64,000 bases of DNA. It comes from a bacterium (GTDB lineage Bacteria > UBA8248 > JACPRG01 > G963555815). Shown piece by piece: positions 40,228-48,312 of this stretch. The notes under the pieces were generated by a model that was given only the letters and a program-made list of their open reading frames with translations, had not been told where the DNA came from and made no database searches. The stretch lies in NCBI GenBank assembly GCA_965218795.1, contig OZ244653.1:5088001-5152000 (forward strand), written 5' to 3'. The position numbers and the translations under genes were made by a program. The number at the start of each line of letters is the position of its first letter. Position 1 is the first letter of the stretch.

Positions 40228-40971
40228 TCATGACTCCCGCATCCGGGGCGCTTTCCGATGACGGGCGGAGCCTCCGGTTGCCGGACGGGTTGGGGGGAGC
40301 TGGACCGGACGGAGAGAGGACGCGCCTTCCTGCATCCGCTCCAGGACGTTTTCCCTGTTCTTCTTCAGATGACGCTCGAGCGCGGCTTGCGCCCGGCCAA
40401 AGTTCTTCCCCTTCAGGGCCGACATCAGAGCCTCATGCTCTTCCAGCGCCTGGCGGCCGCGTGAGGGAGAGAGTCCGTTGATTCGCCGTTTCAGGTTGAT
40501 CCGATCGAAGATCTGGCCGAGTTGATCCGTCAGGGTGAGGTTCCCGGTGAACCCGGCCAGCGTCACATGAAACTTCCGGTCGCACCGGAGGCGGTCCAAA
40601 TCGCTGCCCAGTGCCACTGCCCTCCGGTAGTTGGATTGAGTCGAATTCAGGGCTCGTATCCCTGTGCCGGGCAAGGGCTTTTTCAACCGCTTCAAAACAT
40701 GGCACTCCAATGCTTCCCGGATTTCGAGGAGTTCTTCGACCTCCAGCCGGGTGGAGTCCGCCACGAAGTAGCCCCGGTTTTGGATGTGTTGTACGTACCC
40801 TTCCCGGGAAAGCTGGCTGAGGGCCTCCCGCAGGGGCGTGTGGCTGACGCCCAGACGCTCGGTCAGGGCTTGATGAGATAGCTTGTGGCCGGGCAAGAGC
40901 TCAGAGGTCAGGATGGCCTCCCGGAGACGATCGTAGACCTGCTGACTCAAATCCCGGGTTCTTGCAGCCAT
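40228..40971 (-). CDS. GntR-family (FCD) transcriptional regulator
   Basis: VYDRLREAI...LGVSHTPLREAL...RGYFV HTH; DRKFH and EEH FCD motifs. Confidence 0.92.
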   Translation of the reverse strand: MAARTRDLSQQVYDRLREAILTSELLPGHKLSHQALTERLGVSHTPLREALSQLSREGYVQHIQNRGYFVADSTRLEVEELLEIREALECHVLKRLKKPLPGTGIRALNSTQSNYRRAVALGSDLDRLRCDRKFHVTLAGFTGNLTLTDQLGQIFDRINLKRRINGLSPSRGRQALEEHEALMSALKGKNFGRAQAALERHLKKNRENVLERMQEGASSLRPVQLPPTRPATGGSARHRKAPRMRES

Positions 40972-41002
40972 CCGCTGAATCTTCTCCGTGAGTATAATTA
41001 TA

Positions 41003-41034
41003 ATAAATATTATAATATTTATCCGCTCTGTCAA
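41003..41034 (-). promoter_or_regulatory. Promoter with overlapping 20-bp perfect palindrome (candidate GntR operator)
   Basis: Minus strand TTGACA-16 nt-TAATAT; ATAAATATTATAATATTTAT at 41003-41022 is its own reverse complement. Confidence 0.7.
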
Positions 41035-41089
41035 TCCCTGATGCCGGGTTATTTCTTGATGATGATGTATTTCTTGGGAGCTGCGAGAC

Positions 41090-41142
41090 GAAAGCTTTTC
41101 GGAGGGAGCCAGAGGGGCGGCTTTCCAAAAAAGCCCCCCTGG
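41090..41142. repeat. Hairpin repeat related to 51007-51057
   Basis: GAAAGCTTTTCGGAGGGAGCCAGAGGGGCGGCTTTCCAAAAAAGCCCCCCTGG versus GAAAGTTTCTCGGGGGGTCGAGGGGGGCGGCTTTTCAAAGAAGCCCCCTCG. Confidence 0.65.
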
Positions 41143-41154
41143 AGGGGATCCGAG

Positions 41155-42147
41155 TTAGAGTTTCCAGGTCTCTGCCGTGTTGGGCGCAAAGAGCTCCTCG
41201 ACTCCGACCCGCCGGGCCGTCAGGCCCTGTTCTTCGGCGTACCGGCAGAACGTTTCCAGCGTCTTGCGATTTGATTCGACCCCGTAGGGCCAGAAGTCGT
41301 CGCCCATTATCCGGCGGGTCTCATCGGCCTCCGCCACCTGCCATGGCAGCATCGTGATCAGCCAGCCCGGGTCGCCCAGCATCCGCTCGATGTCCTCTTT
41401 TGCCTCCTGGAAGGCATGGAGAAGGCTCTGCGCCAGCCAGGGGTTTTCCTCGTAGACGTCGCGCCGGAGCGCCAGGGTATGCATGATGGGGAAAAGCCCG
41501 GTCTTGCGAAAGTACGCCTGCTCCGCGTTTCGAAAATCCGGGAAGAGCCGCTTCACGCGCGGATCGCCCGCGAAAAAGGCGGAGGGGGGGTGGGCGCAGA
41601 ACAGCGCGTCGATGTCCCCTTCGCAAAGCGCCCGGTTCAGCGTGTCGTTTTCGGGAATGGACTCTAGGCGGATGGAAAGCGGCAGATCGAGATCGACGCG
41701 CTCCTTTCTTCCGGGCACTTCCTGGCCGCCGTTCACCCAGATCACATCCTCCGGGGCGACACCGTACTCGTGGTGGAGGAGACCCCGCATCCAGACGCAG
41801 GCGGTCATGGCGTATTCGGGGATGCCGATGCGACGGCCCTTGAGGTCTTCCGGTTTTTCGATACCGTTTTCGGCGCAAATGAAGATCCCCGAATGGCGGA
41901 AGACGCGGGAGGGAAAGACCGGAACCCCGACGAAGGGAGCGTCGCCTCGGCCGATCAGCGTCGTGTGGGCGCCGAGGGACATCTCGGACGCGTCGAACTC
42001 CTGGTTCTGGCACATTCGCCAGAAGATCTCGGCCACGTGCAGGTCGAGCCAGTTCAGGTCCGCCCCCTCGATGGAAATTCTGCCGTCCGCCAGGGCGCGG
42101 GTTCGATCCGAGATGTGACAGGCGATGGTGAGCCGCAGTTTACTCAT
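41155..42147 (-). CDS. 4,5-dihydroxyphthalate decarboxylase-like protein (periplasmic-binding-protein fold, no signal peptide)
   Basis: DRTRAL, EFDASEMS, PVFPSRVFRHS, GIPEYAMTA, FPIMH, FWPYG. Confidence 0.85.
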   Translation of the reverse strand: MSKLRLTIACHISDRTRALADGRISIEGADLNWLDLHVAEIFWRMCQNQEFDASEMSLGAHTTLIGRGDAPFVGVPVFPSRVFRHSGIFICAENGIEKPEDLKGRRIGIPEYAMTACVWMRGLLHHEYGVAPEDVIWVNGGQEVPGRKERVDLDLPLSIRLESIPENDTLNRALCEGDIDALFCAHPPSAFFAGDPRVKRLFPDFRNAEQAYFRKTGLFPIMHTLALRRDVYEENPWLAQSLLHAFQEAKEDIERMLGDPGWLITMLPWQVAEADETRRIMGDDFWPYGVESNRKTLETFCRYAEEQGLTARRVGVEELFAPNTAETWKL

Positions 42148-42159
42148 CGTAGGTCCCCC

Positions 42160-42549
42160 TTATGGCTCCGGGTTCTCCGCGGGCGGTCTGGACCGCACGT
42201 CGGCCGCGTTCCCGGTGGGTGGGGCGAAGATGCCGAGAAATCGGAGGATGCCGTCGCCCGCGTTGACGTGCCGGTGCTCGACGTTCGGCGGAATCAGGAT
42301 TCCCTGTCCGGGTTCCGCCCGATGAAGCGTCTCTCCCGCCTCTACGCCCGCAACGCCCTCGAGGACGAAGAGGGCCTCCGGATGATCGCGGGTGTGCGCT
42401 TCGGACGTGTCGCCCGGGGCCAACTCCACGTGGTACAGCTCCAGTCCGGGGTGACCCGTCTCCGGGTCCAGGAGGACGCGGGTCTTCCGGCCGCCCGCGC
42501 CCAGGTAAGCGGTGACGTCTTCCGGGGATATGATTCGGACTTCGGCCAT
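42160..42549 (-). CDS. Cupin-domain protein
   Basis: HTRDHPEALFVLEG...PPNVEH. Confidence 0.88.
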   Translation of the reverse strand: MAEVRIISPEDVTAYLGAGGRKTRVLLDPETGHPGLELYHVELAPGDTSEAHTRDHPEALFVLEGVAGVEAGETLHRAEPGQGILIPPNVEHRHVNAGDGILRFLGIFAPPTGNAADVRSRPPAENPEP

Positions 42550-42556
42550 GAGCGGC

Positions 42557-43912
42557 TTACCCGATCGAGCGAGGGATGAATTGCCCGGTCCCCGGGGTCG
42601 CCGTCACCTCGCCCTCTTCCATGACGACCTGCCCGCGCAGGAGGGTCTGTACAGGCCAGCCTTTGAGGGTCTGCCCGTCGAACGGGCTGTAATCGGATCC
42701 CTGGTGAAGGTTCTTGTTGGCGTCGACGACGACGGCCTTATCGAGATCCACGATGGCGATGTCGGCGTCCGAGCCGACGGCGAGGACCCCCTTCTTCGGG
42801 TACAGCCCGAAGATTCGCGCGGGCTGGCAGGCGGTGGCTTCGACGACGCGCTCCAGCGTCAATCTTCCCTTGTTCACCCCCTCGCTGAGCAGCGCGGGAA
42901 GAGAAGTCTCGATCCCCGGCATCCCCACGATGGCGGACCAGAAATCCTCCTTGTGGCGGAGGGAGGTCGGGGCATGGTCGGAACCCACCGTGGACAGCGC
43001 GCCCTCGGAGAGACCTTCCCACAGGGCGCTTGAGTCCCCGGCTTCCCGGAGGGGCGGATTGATCTTTCCGATGACCGGATCGAAATCCTTGGTGAGCGTG
43101 AGATATTGCGGACAGGTCTCGCCGATGACCCGCATTCCCCGGGCCCGGGCCTCCCGCACGATACGCACGCCATTCCTGATGGTGATGTGGACGATGTAGA
43201 GCGTGCAGCCGGCCGCTTCTGCAAGGACCACGGCGCGGTTCATGGCCTCCTCTTCGCAGAAGGGAGGGCGCGTTTCGGTCCAGGCAATGTCCGTTCGATC
43301 GCTGGCCTTCAGCTCATCGCGCAGCTTGAAAAAGACCTCGATGTTCTCGGCGTGGACCATGGCGATGGCCCCGGTCCCCAGACGTCCCACCTCGCGGAAC
43401 CCGCGAAAGAGCACCCCGTCGTCGATCCCCTGGAGCGGCGGCTTGGCTTCCTCTCCCCGATAGGACATCCAGAACTTGAAGGACGTGATCCCCTGACGGG
43501 CGAGCTCGGGGATCTCGGCGATGTGATCCTCGCTCACGATCCCCCCATGGAACGTCCCGTCCGAAAGGGCATGAGCGTCGAAGAGCGACCGCATCTCGGC
43601 GAAGTGTTCCAGCAGGCTTCCGGTCGAGAGAATGAAGTGGATCAGCGTGGTCGTTCCCCCCGCTACGGCGGCACGGCTGGAGGTCGGGATGGCCTCCTCC
43701 ATGGGCCAGTCGGGCCAGTGCATGTGGACGTGGGGGTCGATCCGGCCGGGTAGGACGAACTTCCCGCTTGCGTCGATCTCGCGGGCGCCGGAAAGGGATT
43801 CCGACGGCGATGTGATGGCCTCGATCGTCTCACCCCGGATGCCGAGGTTCCCTTCCGTCCGTCCGTTTGAATGTACCAGTGTCCCGTTTTTTATGACGAG
43901 GTCATAGCTCAA
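42557..43912 (-). CDS. Cyclic amidohydrolase (dihydropyrimidinase/hydantoinase family)
   Basis: PGRIDPHVH, SFKF, HAEN, KINPPLR, GSDH, KKGVLAVGSDAD. Confidence 0.9.
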   Translation of the reverse strand: MSYDLVIKNGTLVHSNGRTEGNLGIRGETIEAITSPSESLSGAREIDASGKFVLPGRIDPHVHMHWPDWPMEEAIPTSSRAAVAGGTTTLIHFILSTGSLLEHFAEMRSLFDAHALSDGTFHGGIVSEDHIAEIPELARQGITSFKFWMSYRGEEAKPPLQGIDDGVLFRGFREVGRLGTGAIAMVHAENIEVFFKLRDELKASDRTDIAWTETRPPFCEEEAMNRAVVLAEAAGCTLYIVHITIRNGVRIVREARARGMRVIGETCPQYLTLTKDFDPVIGKINPPLREAGDSSALWEGLSEGALSTVGSDHAPTSLRHKEDFWSAIVGMPGIETSLPALLSEGVNKGRLTLERVVEATACQPARIFGLYPKKGVLAVGSDADIAIVDLDKAVVVDANKNLHQGSDYSPFDGQTLKGWPVQTLLRGQVVMEEGEVTATPGTGQFIPRSIG

Positions 43913-44913
43913 GAATTTTTTCCTCCGGCACCTTCTACCCGGAACCCGGGGATGACTTCCCGGCCGAACATCCGTACGCTCACCACCTCTTCGTTGAAGG
44001 GCAGATGCTTCACGATGAAATGGTTGACGCCGATGTCGAGAAAGCGCTGGAGGCGCCGGGTGATGTCCTCCGGCGTCCCGATCAGCGTCTTTTCCGCCAC
44101 CTCCTCCAGCGACAACTCCATGTCGTGATGGATGGCGAAATAGGGCGCGACCTTTTCGACCTCGCGCCGGATCTTATCCTCATCCCGCGTGCAACAACCG
44201 TAAAAGCCGACCCCCCACATGAACTCGTCCGGGTCGCGGCCCAGCTCGACCGCGCGGGATTTGATCGCGGCCATCCCTTCCTGCATCTGTTCGATCCGGC
44301 CGCCCCAGGGCATCCAGCCCCGCGTATGTTTGGCGACGCGTTCGAGCGTTTTCCCGACGTCCCCGCCCGAGACGATCGGCGGTCCCCCGGGAGAATAGGG
44401 CTTCGGCTCGAACGAGATGTCCTGGAACCGGTAGAAGTCGCCCTCGAAAGAAACGTTGTCCTGAATAAACAGGGCCTTGAGAATATCGAGCTCTTCATCC
44501 GTCATCCGCCCGCGTTTGTTGTACGGGATTTCACAGGCGTCGAACTCCGGCTTGTAACCGCCGACACCGAAGCCCAGGATGAGCCGGCCTTTGCTGGCGT
44601 GATCCAGCGTTGCGATCAGGTTCGCCAGATGAATCGGATGGCGCATCGGAAACAGCAGGACCGACGTGCCCAGGTGAATCCTCTCCGTGATCGAACTGAG
44701 GGCGGCCAGGACCATGGTGGCCTCGAAGATCCCCTTCGTGCCGAAGGCGGCGCTCAGACCCGGCGGAGCGAGGAAGTGGTCGGCCACCCAGGCTGAATCG
44801 AAGTCCAGCGCCTCGGCCTCGCGGGCGAGCGTTCGCAGGTGGTCGAACTGGACGACGGGGTAGCCGTCATTGGGGAGCAAGAGTCCGAAGTGGGGGTCGA
44901 TTGCGTTGGCCAC
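43909..44913 (-). CDS. LLM-class (possibly F420-dependent) oxidoreductase with its own start
   Basis: AAGGAG RBS plus GTG at 44913; FDSAWVADH, LGTSVL, GRLILGFGVG. Confidence 0.85.
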   Translation of the reverse strand: MANAIDPHFGLLLPNDGYPVVQFDHLRTLAREAEALDFDSAWVADHFLAPPGLSAAFGTKGIFEATMVLAALSSITERIHLGTSVLLFPMRHPIHLANLIATLDHASKGRLILGFGVGGYKPEFDACEIPYNKRGRMTDEELDILKALFIQDNVSFEGDFYRFQDISFEPKPYSPGGPPIVSGGDVGKTLERVAKHTRGWMPWGGRIEQMQEGMAAIKSRAVELGRDPDEFMWGVGFYGCCTRDEDKIRREVEKVAPYFAIHHDMELSLEEVAEKTLIGTPEDITRRLQRFLDIGVNHFIVKHLPFNEEVVSVRMFGREVIPGFRVEGAGGKNS

Positions 44914-45882
44914 GAAAGTCTCCTTCGTGATGTGCGCCGGATGGGTTCCGGATGAGCGGCCGGAACCCGTCCGCGAGGGGGGCTCCGAGATCAGCCGGTA
45001 AAGATCCGGGCGGCGCTCATCGAAGTAGGGAAGGTTGCCCCGGGCCTCGGCGATTCGGTCGAGGTCCAAGGTTGCGCGCAGAATCATCGGTTCATCCGGA
45101 GGCGCTTCGGCGAGCAGGCCTCCATAGGGATCGATGACACAGCTTCGGCCGAAGAACCGGGTTTCCACTTCTCCGACCCGCTCGATTCCCGCCTTGTTGC
45201 ACCCCGCGACAAAATACAGGTTCTCCAAAGCTCGGGTCCGCAGTTCGATGTGAAACATTTCCTCCGCGGTCGCCGAGGGAGAGGGGGCCCAGGCCGGCAC
45301 GTCGGCCACCATGAAAACGACCTCCGCCCCCTGAAGCGCCAGGGTGCGCCACCCCTCGGGGAAGCGCCGATCGTAACAGACCAGCAATCCCACACGGGCC
45401 TTCGGCGTGTCAAAAACGGCGAAACCCTCACCTGCGGAGAAAAAGTGATGCTCGTCAACGCCGGTCTTGGGTGTGGCGGCCAGATGGGTTTTGGAAAAAC
45501 GGACCGTTTTTCCACCCCCTGGGAGGCTGCCTGACACGGGGGTCCCCTCCGGGCCTATCAGGACCACGCTGTTCAGCCGTTCTCCGGTATCCGGGAGGAG
45601 TTCATAGAAGGGGTAGACGATGTGGCACCGGATCCGGCGCGCCCGCTCGCCGACCTCCCGGATGGCTTCGGAATCCAAGAGGAGGGCATACGGCACGTGC
45701 TCGACCTGAGGATTCCTGGGGAAATAGGGAGTTGTCGAGAGCTCATTGAGACAAATGAAGTCGGGAGACGCCGTCCCGGCCTCTTCGATCAGCCGTAGGT
45801 TTTCCCGCAGGTTGTCGGCGAGGTCAGGGCCCGCGGGGCCCCTCTGGATCAATGCGACTTCAATGGTTCGCGGCCGACTCAT
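43909..45882 (-). CDS. Carbon-nitrogen hydrolase (N-carbamoylase/beta-ureidopropionase-like) reading in frame into an LLM oxidoreductase
   Basis: Nitrilase triad NEL / KTH / VCYDRRFPE, and RRPDLY; no stop before the LLM domain. Confidence 0.8.
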   Translation of the reverse strand: MSRPRTIEVALIQRGPAGPDLADNLRENLRLIEEAGTASPDFICLNELSTTPYFPRNPQVEHVPYALLLDSEAIREVGERARRIRCHIVYPFYELLPDTGERLNSVVLIGPEGTPVSGSLPGGGKTVRFSKTHLAATPKTGVDEHHFFSAGEGFAVFDTPKARVGLLVCYDRRFPEGWRTLALQGAEVVFMVADVPAWAPSPSATAEEMFHIELRTRALENLYFVAGCNKAGIERVGEVETRFFGRSCVIDPYGGLLAEAPPDEPMILRATLDLDRIAEARGNLPYFDERRPDLYRLISEPPSRTGSGRSSGTHPAHITKETFVANAIDPHFGLLLPNDGYPVVQFDHLRTLAREAEALDFDSAWVADHFLAPPGLSAAFGTKGIFEATMVLAALSSITERIHLGTSVLLFPMRHPIHLANLIATLDHASKGRLILGFGVGGYKPEFDACEIPYNKRGRMTDEELDILKALFIQDNVSFEGDFYRFQDISFEPKPYSPGGPPIVSGGDVGKTLERVAKHTRGWMPWGGRIEQMQEGMAAIKSRAVELGRDPDEFMWGVGFYGCCTRDEDKIRREVEKVAPYFAIHHDMELSLEEVAEKTLIGTPEDITRRLQRFLDIGVNHFIVKHLPFNEEVVSVRMFGREVIPGFRVEGAGGKNS

Positions 45883-46156
45883 TCGCTGAAATCCCAATTG
45901 TGTTAAATTGCGCTGTACCGGATGATCGTGTTCATGTTCCTCTGACCCCGACGGCCGAGAATCGGAGCATCCCATCCTCGCTGTGCAGACTGCCATTTGA
46001 ATACAAGCATGGGGTGAATGGACACCCCACGCTAGCAAAGGGGTCAAAATGGTGTCAAGAAACGCCGCCGCTCGATTGACTGGGAGAGTCGGGTATCGGC
46101 AAGGGTCGGACGCTTAGTATGGGTCCCTTGGACGCTGTTGCGGATGGAGAAACCCG

Positions 46157-46840
46157 ATGAAGAAGATCATCGACTTGAGTCTTCTGGTGGAAGAAGGCGT
46201 ACTCATCCCTTTTCCACCGGAAAAGACGAGCCTTATAAGAAAGAAGTGGTGAAAACCCACTCCTCCGTGGGTGTTCATGGGACCGTGGTGGAGATGTACC
46301 TGCGCGTGGGGACACACGTGGACGCCCCGCTTCACTTTATTCCCGGAGGGGATACCATCGATTCCCTGTCTCTGGACCGGCTGGTCGGTGACGCAATCGG
46401 CCTGGATCTCCTGAATAAGGAAGGTCAAGTCGCCATTTCCAAGTCGGACCTGGAAGGTGCGGCGGACAGACTGCAAAAAGACGGGATGACCTGCGAGCGG
46501 GGTGATCCTGTGCACCGGTCACCATGAGAGGACCTGGGGGAGTTTCGATTACTGGAACCAGTCTCCATACCTCACCGGGGAGGCGGCCCAGTGGATTGTG
46601 GATGAAGGCTTTTCCGCGGCGGGATACGATTTCTTCCAGGAGATCCCGGGCAATCTTCGGAAGCCCGACGAACCGGGTCCGATCCATACCAGGATTCTTG
46701 GGAATTCGATTTACAATATCGAGTACCTGACCGGTTTGGATCGGGTGGCCGGCAGGAAGTTTTGGCTGTCGGCGGCGCCGCTTCTCCTCAAGGGCGTGGA
46801 AGGCGGGCCGGCTCGCGCGTACGCCGTGCTGGATGAGTAA
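46157..46840 (+). pseudogene. Cyclase/kynurenine formamidase family gene with two frameshifts
   Basis: MKKIIDLS (frame A), GTHVDAPLHF (frame B), VILCTG...IEYLTGL...GVEGGPARAYA (frame C); shifts near 46200 and 46500. Confidence 0.85.
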
Positions 46841-46929
46841 GCGACGGTTCGAGGCTGTTTGGAACGGCCAGATCCCTGGCGTAAGCCGAGAACCAAAGGA
46901 ATCATCGGGACGTCGAGAGGGAATCGCCC

Positions 46930-48312
46930 ATGTCATTTGCTGATCCGCGGGATTTCTTGGCCTGTCTGGAGGAAGAGGGGGATCTGATCCGGATTTCCGA
47001 GTCCGTGGATGTTCTCTACGAGATTTCGGCCTACATCCGGAAGACCTCTGACCAACAGGGTCCGGCGATCCTCTTTGAGAAGGTCAAAGGCCACGACATG
47101 CCAGTGGTCGGCGGACTCTACGCCGCCCGGCGCAGGGTCTTGCGCGCCCTCGGCTTCCAGGAAGAGGAAATCGTCGAGCGATTCAAGCAGGCGGCCGATC
47201 ATCCCATCGCTCCGGTTCTCGTAGAGGAAGCGCCATGCCAGGAAGTCGTTCTGGAAGGGGAGGCGGTCGACCTGAACCGCTTGCCCATTCCCACATATTG
47301 TCTCCAGGACGGCGGCGCGTTCATCACCCACGGCGTCCAGATCTCCAAAGACCCGGAAACGGGAGCTCGGAACGCGGGCATTTACCGCATGCAGCTCAAG
47401 GGACGAAACCGGCTGGGCCTTTTCTCTAATGTTCAGCAGCACTGCTACATCCATTATTCGAAGGCCGAGGAGCGGGGAGAGGGGCTGGAGGTTGCCGTTG
47501 CCATGGGCACGGACCCGATCATCATGCTGGGCACCCAGGTGAAGGCGGACTACGGGATGGACGAGCTCGCCCTCTCCGGAGGTCTCAGCGGGGAAGCCGT
47601 CCAAGTGATGAAATGCCGGACGGTCGACCTGGAAGTCCCCGCAACGAGCGAAATTGTCATTGAAGGCAGGCTGATACCGAATTTCCGGGAAGAGGAGGGG
47701 CCGTTCGGGGAGTTTTCCGGGTATTACGGCCCGGCGTCCGAGCGGCCCGTCATGGAAGTGACGGCCATCACGCACCGCGCCTCGCCCATCTATCACGCGG
47801 GCCTGACGGGCGTCCCGATGACGGAAAATCATTTTCTGAAGCAGATTCCCAGCGAGGTCACCCTCTACCGCGAGCTGAAATCCAAATTCCCCGAGGTGAA
47901 CGACGTTTCTTTCCCCGCCTCCGGTTGCAGCGAGTATCATTGCTACATCTCGATGACTCCCCGTTACAAGGGGCAGCCTCGCAACGTCCTCCTGGCCGCG
48001 TTGGGAAGCTCACGGCGTCCGAAGCTCGCGGTGGTCGTGGACGAGGATGTGGACGTCTACGATGACGTCAAGGTGCTCTGGGCCCTCAGTACGCGGATGC
48101 AGGCCGACAAGGACGTGATCATCGTCCCGGCCGCCGGGGGCGCCCCGCTGGATCCGTCCACCCCGGAGCCGGATGTAACGGCCGTGATGGGGATCGACGC
48201 CACGAAGCCCTTCAACGAGGAATTTGCGGAAGTGCCCGAGATTCCGGGCCTCGAGAATGTCCCCGACCTGTTGAGCATGGCGCGGACCCTGGGGAGCAGG
48301 CTCAAGGCATGA
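46930..48312 (+). CDS. UbiD-family (de)carboxylase
   Basis: GPAILFE, NAGIYR, EGPFGEFSGYY, VVDEDVD, WALSTR, GIDAT. Confidence 0.93.
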   Translation: MSFADPRDFLACLEEEGDLIRISESVDVLYEISAYIRKTSDQQGPAILFEKVKGHDMPVVGGLYAARRRVLRALGFQEEEIVERFKQAADHPIAPVLVEEAPCQEVVLEGEAVDLNRLPIPTYCLQDGGAFITHGVQISKDPETGARNAGIYRMQLKGRNRLGLFSNVQQHCYIHYSKAEERGEGLEVAVAMGTDPIIMLGTQVKADYGMDELALSGGLSGEAVQVMKCRTVDLEVPATSEIVIEGRLIPNFREEEGPFGEFSGYYGPASERPVMEVTAITHRASPIYHAGLTGVPMTENHFLKQIPSEVTLYRELKSKFPEVNDVSFPASGCSEYHCYISMTPRYKGQPRNVLLAALGSSRRPKLAVVVDEDVDVYDDVKVLWALSTRMQADKDVIIVPAAGGAPLDPSTPEPDVTAVMGIDATKPFNEEFAEVPEIPGLENVPDLLSMARTLGSRLKA

